Shown: positions 20,058 through 30,006, numbered from the stretch's first letter. The stretch is 64,000 nt of DNA from Prevotella sp. (GCA_051869235.1 JBJEAS010000091.1:7343-71342); one strand, 5' to 3'. The notes: generated by a model not told the origin, from the letters alone. Made by a program: numbers and translations.

Positions 20058-20924
20058 ATGAGGCAACTGAAAATTATAAAATCAATAACAAACCGTGAGA
20101 GTCAAGCCTTGGAGAAATATCTGCAAGAGATAGGACGAGAAGAACTGCTTACGGTGGACGAAGAGGTTGAACTGGCACAGAAAATCCACAAAGGCGACAA
20201 GCGAGCCTTGGAAAGACTGGTACGTGCCAACCTTAGATTCGTAGTGTCTGTTGCCAAGCAATACCAAAACCAAGGTCTTTCGCTCCCTGACTTGATAAAC
20301 GAGGGCAACCTTGGACTGATACGTGCAGCTGAGAAATTCGACGAAACCCGAGGCTTCAAGTTCATCTCCTATGCCGTATGGTGGATACGTCAGAGCATTC
20401 TGCAGGCATTGGCAGAACAGAGCCGCATAGTCCGTCTGCCGCTGAATCAAAGTGGCTCGTTGAACAAAATAAACAAGATGCAGCAGAAGTTTGAACAAGA
20501 GTACGAGCGTCGCCCATCGATTGAGGAGATAGCAGAGGGCATCGACCTACCGGAAGAAAAGGTGGAGGACGCAATGAAGTCGAATACACGCCACATCTCG
20601 GTGGATGCCCCCTTCAGCGCCGACGACGAGTCGAACACATTGTTAGATGTACTGGAAGACACTTCAACACCGGATGCCGACAATGCGCTGGTAACGGAAT
20701 CCCTGAGGGCTGAAATAACCAAGGCGCTCAGCATACTCAAAGAGAGGGAGAGACAGATAGTGGAAGCCTCGTATGGCATTGGTGCTGGAGGCGAGATGAC
20801 GCTGGAAGAGATAGGTGCGAAATACGGTCTTTCACGCGAACGCGTCAGACAGATTAAGGAGAAGGCAATCAGACGCCTTCGCACCACAACGAACAGCGAA
20901 CTGCTGAAGTCGTTCCTGGGATAA
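20058..20924 (+). CDS. rpoD: RpoD/SigA-family sigma factor (short Bacteroidota form)
   Basis: [57 protein letters not shown]. Confidence 0.92.
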   Translation: MRQLKIIKSITNRESQALEKYLQEIGREELLTVDEEVELAQKIHKGDKRALERLVRANLRFVVSVAKQYQNQGLSLPDLINEGNLGLIRAAEKFDETRGFKFISYAVWWIRQSILQALAEQSRIVRLPLNQSGSLNKINKMQQKFEQEYERRPSIEEIAEGIDLPEEKVEDAMKSNTRHISVDAPFSADDESNTLLDVLEDTSTPDADNALVTESLRAEITKALSILKERERQIVEASYGIGAGGEMTLEEIGAKYGLSRERVRQIKEKAIRRLRTTTNSELLKSFLG

Positions 20925-20956
20925 AATAAACAAGAAATAACATCAAAAGAAAACAC

Positions 20957-21448
20957 ATGAAAAGAATTGCTAAAGCAGCCTTGTTGCTGCTCATTACGTT
21001 AGTCACAGCCACTGAAATCAGTGCAGCGATAAAGCAGGTACCGAAGATATATGTCTTTGGCTTCTCGGCTAGTTTCAAGAACTCATCAATCTATCTTACA
21101 GACATACAAGAACTCGATTCAGCATGGATTGACACGAAGACGAAATTCTTGTGCGGACGTGACAGCTATTCCGCTCAGCTTAAAGACCAGCTCGCAGCAA
21201 CCATCAACGACCAACACCGCACTTGCGTTGTGATGTTTTCCACGAAGAAGAGCGATGCTGAGAAGAAATACATGAAACTGAAACGCCTCTACACCGAGAA
21301 GGCTAAGGCGAAGGAGGGCTACGAAATGAACTATCTGCACGACTCAGATTTCAAATTCACAGCCGTGGACATGAGCCCGTACATTGAAGAACTAAACGCC
21401 GTAAAACCAAAGAAGGAGAAGAAGCCAAAGAAGGAGAAGGCGCATTAA
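20957..21448 (+). CDS. Conserved exported hypothetical protein
   Basis: Signal peptide; YVFGFSASF.....Y.TDIQ.LDSAW motif typical of Prevotella proteins. Confidence 0.75.
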   Translation: MKRIAKAALLLLITLVTATEISAAIKQVPKIYVFGFSASFKNSSIYLTDIQELDSAWIDTKTKFLCGRDSYSAQLKDQLAATINDQHRTCVVMFSTKKSDAEKKYMKLKRLYTEKAKAKEGYEMNYLHDSDFKFTAVDMSPYIEELNAVKPKKEKKPKKEKAH

Positions 21449-21478
21449 AACGCAGAGAAGGAGATGGATGAATGTAAA

Positions 21479-21506
21479 GGAAATGGCTTATTGGTGAAAA
21501 AGTGAA
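21479..21506 (+). repeat. 28-bp repeat GGAAATGGCTTATTGGTGAAAAAGTGAA, copy 1
   Basis: Identical to 25511-25538; inverted copies at 25151-25177 and 30019-30042. Confidence 0.9.
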
Positions 21507-21533
21507 GAAGTGAAGAATTGAAACTAATAAAAA

Positions 21534-21567
21534 AGGTACAGGAACGGCTCTTTGTGTTCCTGTACCT
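21534..21567 (-). terminator. Intrinsic terminator of the HU-like gene/cassette
   Basis: AGGTACAGGAAC...GTTCCTGTACCT hairpin followed by T-run on - strand. Confidence 0.75.
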
Positions 21568-21594
21568 GTCCTAACAGAGTTCCATTAACATAGA

Positions 21595-22101
21595 TTAGGC
21601 ACCCATGTCACCATCACCGTTATCAGGGTCTTCCGTTGTAGTAGGTGGTGTCACCTCCTCCTCTCCTGTGTCAGAGCCTGTAGTGGTAGTGGTGCGAGGC
21701 GAGGTATAGCTGGTGCTTTCCTTCAACCTTGCCGCTTGGCTAAGGTTTGCTGCTGAGAACTCACCAACACCTTGCGCCTGGAGCTTTACCTTCTCAACGT
21801 TTTTCGCAATACTGAAGTCGTCAGCAGAGGTAGCACCTGACTTATGTACAATGGTAGCACCAAAACTGGCAAGGTTAGGCAGGATGACTCGCTTGCCATC
21901 CAAAAGGATTTCGTTAATGCACGATACCGCCTGCTCAAGCACAGCCTTGAGGAATCCCATCGATAGAGGGCAGTTGTGTGCTGCCATGTGTTCCGCAAGC
22001 CCCTTTATGTCTACCGTTTCGTTTGAGACCACACGGGCATACCATTTTCCGTAAGAAGGACTATCCTTCAGTTGGCTTTGATAGAGCTGATATTTAATCA
22101 T
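21595..22101 (-). CDS. Bacteroidales HU-related (HU-HIG) DNA-binding protein
   Basis: MIKY.LYQ.....YGKWYAR, LAEHMAAHN, LLDGKRV.L..L.SF, low-complexity acidic/Thr tail. Confidence 0.85.
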   Translation of the reverse strand: MIKYQLYQSQLKDSPSYGKWYARVVSNETVDIKGLAEHMAAHNCPLSMGFLKAVLEQAVSCINEILLDGKRVILPNLASFGATIVHKSGATSADDFSIAKNVEKVKLQAQGVGEFSAANLSQAARLKESTSYTSPRTTTTTGSDTGEEEVTPPTTTEDPDNGDGDMGA

Positions 22102-22150
22102 ATAACTATTTGTTTATACTTATAAATATCAGCTCCATTCGAAAAAGTTT

Positions 22151-23854
22151 CTAGAAGTTAGCAGTTCCAATCAAATTGTTTGATTGCTTCTGATACTTGT
22201 CCTTCGCCACTTTTTTCACTAGTCCTCTAGTCACGAGCTTTGACAGCGCAGTACGGGCAGAGTGAGGCGAGAGGTAGTTTTTCTCAATTTCCTTGAAACA
22301 GAACTCAGCTGGGAGTGAGTTGAAGAAGAGCTGCAGTTTGCTAGAGCGCGAACGCTCATGCATTCTTCCTTCGCTCTGCTTAGCCATCTGCTGGAGGTCG
22401 TGTCCGAACATAAAGAGACTAGTCTCCATCAGATAGTCGCCAATGAGTCTGCATGCGGCTATATCCTGTCGAGTGATGACAAGGGGGTTCCCCTCAGACA
22501 GACTGTCTATCTGCCTGACTATAGCCCACGTCAATGTAAGGCGGAAAGCCATTAGCGTATGACGATTCTTCATCATGTCACGTACTCTGTCTTGAGTAGC
22601 CTTGGCTATTTCGCATTGTTCTTCGCACCACTGGTGTACACACTTGGTAAGCTCATAACAAGTGTAGTCGCCTGTCAGAGTATCCAATTTATCTGTAACC
22701 ATTCGGATGTCCTTGTCCAGTAGCATACGCTCTTCCTCATCCTCTTTCTTGAGTACTTGGAATGGTATGGTCATGAACCTGTGGGTGGGCATAAGAGCCA
22801 CCATCATACGCTCCACGAGACCGTCGCCTAGGTCTGCGCTTTTGGTAAGGAATTTGTTAAGAATTCTCTCTTGACCTGAGAAGATACCTGACAATCCCAC
22901 TCTCACCGAGCCGTTGAATGATTCGTCACCACGGTAGTCACTACCTGACATTTCGTGCTGGAAGCTTTTCAGCAGAATGTCTCGTTTCTCCTGGTAAGCC
23001 CCTGTATTGCCTTTGATGAGGCTCTGCGTTTCGCTGTCCACCATCACTAGCTGCTTATAGTGCTCCACACCGTTCTCATCCTCTTTCACCGCATTGTTGA
23101 GGCGCTCAAGCATCATCGAGTTGCTGATTGCTGGAGGCAACTCTCGAACAAGGGCGTGGCTCAGTCGCAGGTCGCCCATATCCATCGGTTTGTCGTCGAG
23201 CAGTTCCTTGTCTTGCCTTGCGTCCTTACGTTTCTGCTCAGCATTACGTGCAGGTGTATCATCTTCTCTTATCTTTGCTAATATCTTGTCAGCAAAATCA
23301 ATCATGAAAGACTTTCCGCTCGATGGTTCTCCTATTATAAAGAGGAGAGCAGACATCCAATAACGGCGTTTGTCATAGTGCAGGAAACTGATGTCGCCTA
23401 GATAGACTGAGAAGAGGCTGAGAGCCGTTATTACGGCAGGAGCACGCAAATCAGAGCCTACAGTGCGTACTAGACGCGATACGACATCGGCGCCCAGCAC
23501 AAGGCTTGCAAAAGGAGTGTTCCAATATTTTACTGGAAAATACTCTACGTTTTGCTCAGCCGTTATATCGGCATTTTTCTCCATGTCTACGCCACAGTTC
23601 TGCAGAGCCATTCTCAGGGTCTCGTTAATGCCTGGGAATGTGCTTAGTGCAGTTGCGTCTGCAGCAATGCGTTGCAGCTCGTCCTCGCCGCCATCCTCTA
23701 TGAGCGAGGAGGCGGTTTGGGTCATACGTAATACTTGCATAAGCAATTGGGGTTTGTTGTCTACTATTTTTTTGACATGGTTCGCAGCGGTGAGCAGCCA
23801 ATTATGTCTGTCTCCCACCTCAGCTTTTCCTATAAGGTTCTCATACTCTCGCAT
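22151..23854 (-). CDS. DUF3987-type primase-C/helicase-like ATPase (C-terminal part of a frameshifted VirE-N fusion)
   Basis: GDRHN motif, Walker A GEPSSGKS, GLVERM, C-terminal wHTH-like; frame is open upstream to the A7 tract at 23938-23944. Confidence 0.75.
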   Translation of the reverse strand: MREYENLIGKAEVGDRHNWLLTAANHVKKIVDNKPQLLMQVLRMTQTASSLIEDGGEDELQRIAADATALSTFPGINETLRMALQNCGVDMEKNADITAEQNVEYFPVKYWNTPFASLVLGADVVSRLVRTVGSDLRAPAVITALSLFSVYLGDISFLHYDKRRYWMSALLFIIGEPSSGKSFMIDFADKILAKIREDDTPARNAEQKRKDARQDKELLDDKPMDMGDLRLSHALVRELPPAISNSMMLERLNNAVKEDENGVEHYKQLVMVDSETQSLIKGNTGAYQEKRDILLKSFQHEMSGSDYRGDESFNGSVRVGLSGIFSGQERILNKFLTKSADLGDGLVERMMVALMPTHRFMTIPFQVLKKEDEEERMLLDKDIRMVTDKLDTLTGDYTCYELTKCVHQWCEEQCEIAKATQDRVRDMMKNRHTLMAFRLTLTWAIVRQIDSLSEGNPLVITRQDIAACRLIGDYLMETSLFMFGHDLQQMAKQSEGRMHERSRSSKLQLFFNSLPAEFCFKEIEKNYLSPHSARTALSKLVTRGLVKKVAKDKYQKQSNNLIGTANF

Positions 23855-23895
23855 TATATCAGAATATTTTACTCCATGATACGTTGCAGGGAGAG

Positions 23896-24600
23896 TTACT
23901 GTCTGCTGCTGTGTAGTAGTAGTAACAGCAGCGGCAGTTTTTTTACAGGCAGAGCCTTGTTGCCCTTACGGTAGAAATTGCCCCATTTCTGCTCGTATTC
24001 CTTGTTCTGATAACTGAACACAGCTTCGTCGTTCCTCAGGATGTCATCGGCAGTCGAGAGGAAAGCAAGACGGCACGGGTCTTTGACTGCCTCGTCGTTT
24101 TCCACTCCGAGGGCAGCAGCCAACTTACGCTGGTTGTCGGCAATGTTCATGGATGGGTCGAGCTTGAAAATCAATTTCAAGCCTTCGCCGCTGGGCGACA
24201 CCCATGCGAGCATGATGCGCTCTGATTCAGGCTTTTTGCAGATTTCCTGCCAAAGCGTACGTGGGTCATCAACGTGGTCGATGTCTAGATTTGCCAAGCC
24301 TGAGAGCTGTGCGAATCTGTAGTTACGCCATGTGCCTTCCTTCCCTTTGTCGTTTTTGTGTGGAGTGATGGAAGCAGTAGCAGGTATTATGCCTATCAGA
24401 CTGCGCTTCAGTTTGTCTTTCTCCGCACGAAGGCGTTTTACTGCATCTTTGTCGCCATCGGCGAGGGCAGCATTTATCTGCCCTTGATACCGCCGAATCT
24501 CAACGATAGATGAACGTTGTTTTTCACTTCTGCAAGCAGCGATGAACTGCTCCGCTGTGCAAGGCTTTGCCTCGCTGAAAAGTTTTTTTACAATTTCCAT
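23896..24600 (-). CDS. BT4734/BF3469 (VirE N-terminal) primase-like domain protein
   Basis: K.KRSL..I.P.A, SGL..LDIDH, WVSPSGEGLK, D.AVKDPCRLAF motifs. Confidence 0.8.
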   Translation of the reverse strand: MEIVKKLFSEAKPCTAEQFIAACRSEKQRSSIVEIRRYQGQINAALADGDKDAVKRLRAEKDKLKRSLIGIIPATASITPHKNDKGKEGTWRNYRFAQLSGLANLDIDHVDDPRTLWQEICKKPESERIMLAWVSPSGEGLKLIFKLDPSMNIADNQRKLAAALGVENDEAVKDPCRLAFLSTADDILRNDEAVFSYQNKEYEQKWGNFYRKGNKALPVKKLPLLLLLLHSSRQ

Positions 24601-24601
24601 G

Positions 24602-25048
24602 TTATTGAATATTTATAATTAAATTTATTACAAAATCATCAACCTCGGGTGAGAGGGTGTACTGGACGTCGAACATGCATGTCCATTGTGCTAGGGCGAG
24701 CATCTCGTGAAGGAGGCGATAGGGAGTTACTCCGCGCGTACGCTCCCTATTTGTCCAGGCGAAGAGAAGGCATGCGTCACGCAGTTTTTTCTGCTCTTCA
24801 TCGTTGAGGAGGATTTCTTCTCTGCGGCGAGGAAAGAAGTCCCAAATTTCCCTCCGCTCACGTTCTACTTGTTCTAGGTTGATTACGATGTCGGCAGCAT
24901 CTGCGGCGACATCGAGTTTTAACGCGTCGCCGAGGGTCGGCATGTTGTTCTTTACTTGCCTTGCGGCTTTCTCCATCCGTCGCTGTCGACGGTTTTCGCT
25001 CATTTTTTTGGCGAGCGAGTGTGAATTTTTCTTTTTCATTTGTCGCAT
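24602..25048 (-). CDS. Hypothetical protein, first gene of cassette
   Basis: Start MRQMKKK at 25048 downstream of TATATTTG promoter (about 25080-25087, - strand); abuts next gene. Confidence 0.65.
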   Translation of the reverse strand: MRQMKKKNSHSLAKKMSENRRQRRMEKAARQVKNNMPTLGDALKLDVAADAADIVINLEQVERERREIWDFFPRRREEILLNDEEQKKLRDACLLFAWTNRERTRGVTPYRLLHEMLALAQWTCMFDVQYTLSPEVDDFVINLIINIQ

Positions 25049-25150
25049 TGTAAGGAGCTTTATTGTTTTCCTTACACTGCAAATATACAAAAAAAAATGG
25101 AAAAGGAAAATGTTTAAGTTAAAATTTATGTTAATATTTAAGACTTTGTA

Positions 25151-25544
25151 CACTATTTCACTTTTTCACCAATAAGCTGATGTTAGCAGTAACTGAAATT
25201 GGTTAAAGGGGGTTAGGTGTATGCGTATATATATTATATAAATAGGAACGTGCGCATGTGCGTACATTATATATATAATATAAAATAATATATATAGTCA
25301 TATATCATATAGGTATGTAATTCTTAGGCTAAGTAATAGCTGCACCATTTTTTGAGAATGGAAGATGGAAGCACAGCTATCCATTTATGATTATTTAAGG
25401 AAAATGATTTGAAAGGATAATGGAGAGAGGAAAGAAGAAAGGAAAGAGAGGAGAGAAGAGAGAGGAGAGAAGGGAGAGAAGGGAGAAGGAAAAGGGAGAA
25501 AGAGGGAGATGGAAATGGCTTATTGGTGAAAAAGTGAAATAGTG
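25151..25544. repeat. Segment bounded by perfect 27-bp inverted repeats, containing AT-rich palindromes and a purine tract
   Basis: CACTATTTCACTTTTTCACCAATAAGC (25151-25177) vs GCTTATTGGTGAAAAAGTGAAATAGTG (25518-25544). Confidence 0.88.
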
Positions 25545-25574
25545 ATTATGTTGGAGAGTGACGAGAGGGATGGA

Positions 25575-25616
25575 AAAACGCAACGTCTTGTCCTAGGAAG
25601 GATGACGTTGCGTTTT
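25575..25616. terminator. Intrinsic terminator downstream of DUF4270 operon
   Basis: AAAACGCAACGTC...GACGTTGCGTTTT hairpin. Confidence 0.8.
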
Positions 25617-25618
25617 GT

Positions 25619-25750
25619 CTATTGTTCTTTATTGCGATTTGAGGCAATTATTTTTCGGAGAGTTGCGCTTAGGTGGCGCGTACGCGCTTGGTATTTGACT
25701 TTACGCTGTTCGTAGTCCGCTCGGTGGCGTTCTAGATAATTGTCTGCCAT
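25619..25750 (-). CDS. Small MADNYLE-type hypothetical protein (43 aa)
   Basis: MADNYLERHRADYEQRKVKYQARTRHLSATLRKIIASNRNKEQ; starts just after the DUF4270 stop and ends at the terminator. Confidence 0.6.
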   Translation of the reverse strand: MADNYLERHRADYEQRKVKYQARTRHLSATLRKIIASNRNKEQ

Positions 25751-25757
25751 GGGATGA

Positions 25758-27185
25758 TCAATCGGGAGTGAATTTGTTGTAGATGATGCTGATGCGGACA
25801 GGTGCATGGGTGTTGGCTGAGCCACCTATTAGGCGGCAACTTTTCAGCGACATGTCGTTCGAGACATTGGTATAGCTGCCTGTCGAGCTGTTGGTCGTCA
25901 CCGAGACGGGAATTAGCACCACCTTGTTCCAATTCTCGCTCTTTCCTCGGTTTTCGTAGAGGCGGTTGACGAGGGAGGAGATGTTGTTGAACGTATAGGT
26001 GTTGTAACTAGACGAATAGTTGGCGATGTAGGAGGTAACGTTGTCAGGCAGATTACGCTGCTCGAAGAAGGTAAACATGGAGTCACGGGGGAGCATGAGT
26101 ACGGATGTGGGGGGCTGATATATGTCATCGGCGCGTTCAAACGCGGAGGTGTCGTTGTAGCGGGTGAATACGATTTTTGCGGAGCTGATAGTGTCGGATT
26201 CGTGACCTCGCTTTATGTCGTCGATTGGCAATGTCACTTCGGTGTAGATGCCTGCAGGCGATTTGAGATAGGTACACGACTGGTCGTCGGCAAGTCGCTG
26301 CATACGAGCTAGGTCGTTGAGGATTTGTGTGGTTTGCATCACTTCCTCAGTGCCTCCGATGCGGAGTCCTGAATTGATGATGGAGTCGTTCGACCAGCAA
26401 CGGTAGTGGAACTGCAGTGCAGTGAGGAGGACTTCGCCCATGGTGCCAATTCCATCGGTGCTCTGAACATAGAAGCCTGGAAACACTCGGTTGATGAAGT
26501 TGTAGGAGTTCTTATAGTTGTCGGCATCGGCGTAGTATTTGCGCATCAGATAGGTGCCGAAATTGTTGTAACGGTTGCCCTCACGGTCAGTGTATGGAAA
26601 GTTGAGCGGTATGGATACGGCATGTAGTGAGTCGGTGCCAACGAGTCCTTGATAGCTGAAGACTTTAGGCAGCACCATTCCGTCTTTGCGGATGTAGCCT
26701 TCGGCTATTGGTGAGAAGTTTGAGTAGTAGTCACTCCCTTCGGCGATGGGCTTTTCCAGCTCGTAGGCAGTCAGTTTCATGGCGTTGAGTGTGTCGCCTA
26801 CGAACGAGTTGAAATAGATGTTGAAGAAGCACGAGTCGGCTATTATTTCTCCATCCTCTGAGCGGCTCACTATCGAGTCTTGCTTGGGCAGTAGGGGCGA
26901 GTCGATCAACAGCTCAGCAACGCCAAACTGCGTTGAGAAGTTGGCGGTGACGTATGTGTTTGTCTCGCTGTCCTTGATGTGTCCGAGGTACGAATATGGT
27001 GTGCGGGAGAGCACTGAGTCTACACAGATGGAGCGTGTAGACACTTGGAACGTATCGGTAAGTATGGCGAACTTGTCAGCCGTATTGCTGATGGTGTTGC
27101 CCACCGTGTCGGTAGTGTCGTCGCAAGATGCCATAAACATTGTCATGACGGCAACGACCATCATTGTAATCCATTTGTTTTTCAT
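25758..27185 (-). CDS. DUF4270 family lipoprotein
   Basis: Lipobox FMASC; TYLKSPAGIYTEVTLP and WNKVVLIPV motifs; conserved panC-GT5-DUF4270 synteny. Confidence 0.85.
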   Translation of the reverse strand: MKNKWITMMVVAVMTMFMASCDDTTDTVGNTISNTADKFAILTDTFQVSTRSICVDSVLSRTPYSYLGHIKDSETNTYVTANFSTQFGVAELLIDSPLLPKQDSIVSRSEDGEIIADSCFFNIYFNSFVGDTLNAMKLTAYELEKPIAEGSDYYSNFSPIAEGYIRKDGMVLPKVFSYQGLVGTDSLHAVSIPLNFPYTDREGNRYNNFGTYLMRKYYADADNYKNSYNFINRVFPGFYVQSTDGIGTMGEVLLTALQFHYRCWSNDSIINSGLRIGGTEEVMQTTQILNDLARMQRLADDQSCTYLKSPAGIYTEVTLPIDDIKRGHESDTISSAKIVFTRYNDTSAFERADDIYQPPTSVLMLPRDSMFTFFEQRNLPDNVTSYIANYSSSYNTYTFNNISSLVNRLYENRGKSENWNKVVLIPVSVTTNSSTGSYTNVSNDMSLKSCRLIGGSANTHAPVRISIIYNKFTPD

Positions 27186-27208
27186 CCTGATATTGTGTGT
27201 TTTGTTTT

Positions 27209-28009
27209 TTATGCGAGGGTGTCTTCGTAGAACTTTGCATAGGCAGAGGCGAAGTCCTCACCGGGGTAAAGGAGCAGTGGTTTTCCTGAAGCTTCAGCGT
27301 GTGCCAGCACTTCTGCCTCTACGTCGGGTGCTGCCATTATGATGCCGTCTGAGTAGTCGCATGCAATCTTTGCAAGGTCGGTGTAAGTGATTTCCTCAGT
27401 GTATTCAGGCAGGCACGAGGCAGTGACGTCACGCAGTACGAGACACTCACGGAAATCGTGGCAGACAGAGCCTTGTAGCTTGTTTGCGAAGAGCGATGTG
27501 ACAATTTTGCAATCACGGAAGCAAGGCTCGTCGGCGTATGCTGTGCGGAGGAAAAATGGCACAATGTATGACATCCATCCTTGGCAGTGGATGACGTCAG
27601 GTATCCAACGCAACTTCTTTACGGTCTCCAGCACACCACGGGCATAGAATACAGCACGCTCGCCATTGTCGGCATATGGTTTTCCATCAGCGTCAACGTC
27701 TTGCAGGCGCTTCAGGAAGTAGTCGTCGTTGTCGATGAAATACGCCTGACTTTTTGCAGCAGGCATCGATGCCACCTTGATGACCAAGGGGTGGTCGGTC
27801 TCCTTGATGATGATGTTCATACCTGAGAGGCGTATTACCTCATGGAGCTGTCCACGACGCTCGTTAATGTTTCCCCATTTGGGCGAGAAGACACGGACTT
27901 CGAAACCTTCCTGCACGACTTTGGTTGGAACCAGCTTACCCATTTCAGCCATATCACCTGAGCTGAAGCCACCAATTTCTTGGTTTATAAAAAGAATTTT
28001 TTTCGCCAT
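27209..28009 (-). CDS. Glycogen/starch synthase N-terminal (GT5) domain protein
   Basis: PKWGNINERRGQLHEVIRLSGMN, DNGER..F.ARGVLETVKKLRW.PD.IHCQGW. Confidence 0.88.
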   Translation of the reverse strand: MAKKILFINQEIGGFSSGDMAEMGKLVPTKVVQEGFEVRVFSPKWGNINERRGQLHEVIRLSGMNIIIKETDHPLVIKVASMPAAKSQAYFIDNDDYFLKRLQDVDADGKPYADNGERAVFYARGVLETVKKLRWIPDVIHCQGWMSYIVPFFLRTAYADEPCFRDCKIVTSLFANKLQGSVCHDFRECLVLRDVTASCLPEYTEEITYTDLAKIACDYSDGIIMAAPDVEAEVLAHAEASGKPLLLYPGEDFASAYAKFYEDTLA

Positions 28010-28176
28010 TTTTTGTTGTTTAATGTTGCAAAGTTACGAAATTTTTCTGAGAATTTGCCCTTACTGCGGTTGGTTTTAGGGAAAATAAGAAACTTTTTTG
28101 GATTTTTTCACCTTATTATATTGTTACATAAGAGAAAAGTTGTAATTTTGCAGCGTTTTTAAAACTCAGAGAAGAA

Positions 28177-29025
28177 ATGATTGTATTTGAAAAAATCGCA
28201 GATTTACAGAATGCGCTGTTTGATGACAGGAAGTGCGGACGCACCATAGGTCTTGTGCCTACGATGGGGGCGCTGCACGAGGGTCATGCTTCGTTGGTTA
28301 GAAGGAGCGTCAGGGAGAACGACGTTACAGTGGTTTCTGTTTTCCTTAATCCGACCCAATTCAACGACCAGAACGACTTGAAGAACTATCCCCGCACACT
28401 TGAGGCAGACTGCCGTCTGATAGAAGAATGCGGTGCGCAATATGTGTTTGCCCCAAGGGTGAAGGAGATGTACCCAACAGAGGACAAGAGGCAGTTTGAG
28501 TTTCCGCCTGTGTCGACCGTAATGGAGGGTGCACATCGCCCAGGGCATTTCAACGGCGTATGCCAAGTGGTGTCACGACTGTTCTACATTGTCAAGCCCC
28601 AGCGAGCCTATTTTGGCGAGAAGGACTTCCAGCAGATAGCTGTGGTGAAGGCTATGGCGGACTACCTGAAGATTGACGTGGAGATAGTTGAATGTGCCAT
28701 CGTGAGGGACGAGGACGGACTTGCACGTTCGAGCCGCAACACGCTGCTTGCCCCTGAGGAGAGAGCCATAGCTCCACGCATCTACAAGGCACTGAAGGAT
28801 AGCCTCGACTACGCCAAGACACACACGGTGAATGAGACCCACGACAAGGTGGTGGCAGACATCAACGCCACTGAGGGGCTAAGCGTTGAGTACTTCTCGA
28901 TAGTTGACGGACGTACTCTGTTGGACATCGACAGTTGGGAGGCAACAGACTATGCTGTGGGCTGCATCACGGTGTACTGCGGCAAGAAACCAATAAGACT
29001 TATCGACCACATAAAATACAAGTAG
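28177..29025 (+). CDS. panC: Pantoate--beta-alanine ligase
   Basis: [42 protein letters not shown]. Confidence 0.97.
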   Translation: MIVFEKIADLQNALFDDRKCGRTIGLVPTMGALHEGHASLVRRSVRENDVTVVSVFLNPTQFNDQNDLKNYPRTLEADCRLIEECGAQYVFAPRVKEMYPTEDKRQFEFPPVSTVMEGAHRPGHFNGVCQVVSRLFYIVKPQRAYFGEKDFQQIAVVKAMADYLKIDVEIVECAIVRDEDGLARSSRNTLLAPEERAIAPRIYKALKDSLDYAKTHTVNETHDKVVADINATEGLSVEYFSIVDGRTLLDIDSWEATDYAVGCITVYCGKKPIRLIDHIKYK

Positions 29026-29032
29026 ACAGACT

Positions 29033-29383
29033 ATGCAAATTGAAGTGCTGAAATCGAAATTGCACTGTGTCAGAGTGACAGAGGCAAACCTAAACTATAT
29101 GGGCAGCATAACCATAGACGAAGACCTGATGGACGCTGCCAACATGATAGCAGGCGAGAAGGTGCAGATAGTAGACAACAACAACGGCGAACGCTTTGAG
29201 ACCTACATCATCAAGGGCGAAAGAGGCAGCGGCGCAATATGCCTCAACGGAGCTGCAGCAAGGAAGGTGCAGGTGGGCGACACTTGCATCATCATCAGCT
29301 ATGCCCTGATGGACTTTGAGGAAGCCAAGACGTTCAAGCCATCAATTGTATTCCCCGAGAACAACCGCATAGCAAAGAACTGA
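29033..29383 (+). CDS. panD: Aspartate 1-decarboxylase
   Basis: [34 protein letters not shown]. Confidence 0.97.
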   Translation: MQIEVLKSKLHCVRVTEANLNYMGSITIDEDLMDAANMIAGEKVQIVDNNNGERFETYIIKGERGSGAICLNGAAARKVQVGDTCIIISYALMDFEEAKTFKPSIVFPENNRIAKN

Positions 29384-29385
29384 GA

Positions 29386-30006
29386 ATGGAAAAGATACTG
29401 AATTATTTCCCGAACCTCAGCGACGGGCAGTGCCGTCAGTTTGAGATGCTCGACGAGCTGTACAAGGATTGGAACTCGAAGATAAACGTCATCAGCCGCA
29501 AGGACATCGACAACCTCTACGAGCACCATGTGCTTCACTCATTGGCAATTGCCAAACTGCTACGCTTCAAGCCTCATACGAAGATTCTCGACTTCGGCAC
29601 AGGCGGCGGTTTCCCTGGTATTCCACTCGCCATAATGTTCCCCGAGTGCAGCTTCAAGCTGATTGACGGCACAGGTAAGAAAATTCGTGTGGCAACGGAG
29701 GTGGCGAACGCCATTGGGCTGAAGAACTGTACGGCAGTGCAGCTGCGAGGCGAGGAGGAGCGTGGACGATTCGACTTCGTGGTGAGCCGTGCCGTGATGC
29801 CCTTGCCCGACCTAATGAAGATTGTGGCGAAGAACATTGTCAAGCGTGGCTCCAACGCCCTTCCCAACGGAGTGATATGCCTAAAGGGCGGCGACCTCCA
29901 AGCCGAGATTCACCCCTACCGCAACATTGTGGAGACAGTGGAGCTGACTAATTGGTTCACTGAGGAATGGTTCCGTAATAAATATGCCATCTACCTCCCA
30001 GCCTGA
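29386..30006 (+). CDS. rsmG: 16S rRNA m7G527 methyltransferase
   Basis: WN.KINVISRKD, HVLHSL, DFGTGGGFPGIPL, VSRAV. Confidence 0.95.
   Translation: MEKILNYFPNLSDGQCRQFEMLDELYKDWNSKINVISRKDIDNLYEHHVLHSLAIAKLLRFKPHTKILDFGTGGGFPGIPLAIMFPECSFKLIDGTGKKIRVATEVANAIGLKNCTAVQLRGEEERGRFDFVVSRAVMPLPDLMKIVAKNIVKRGSNALPNGVICLKGGDLQAEIHPYRNIVETVELTNWFTEEWFRNKYAIYLPA

Noticed and set aside
25395-25583. 62-aa Leu/Ser/Phe-rich ORF
   Set aside because: Translation of the purine/pyrimidine low-complexity tract
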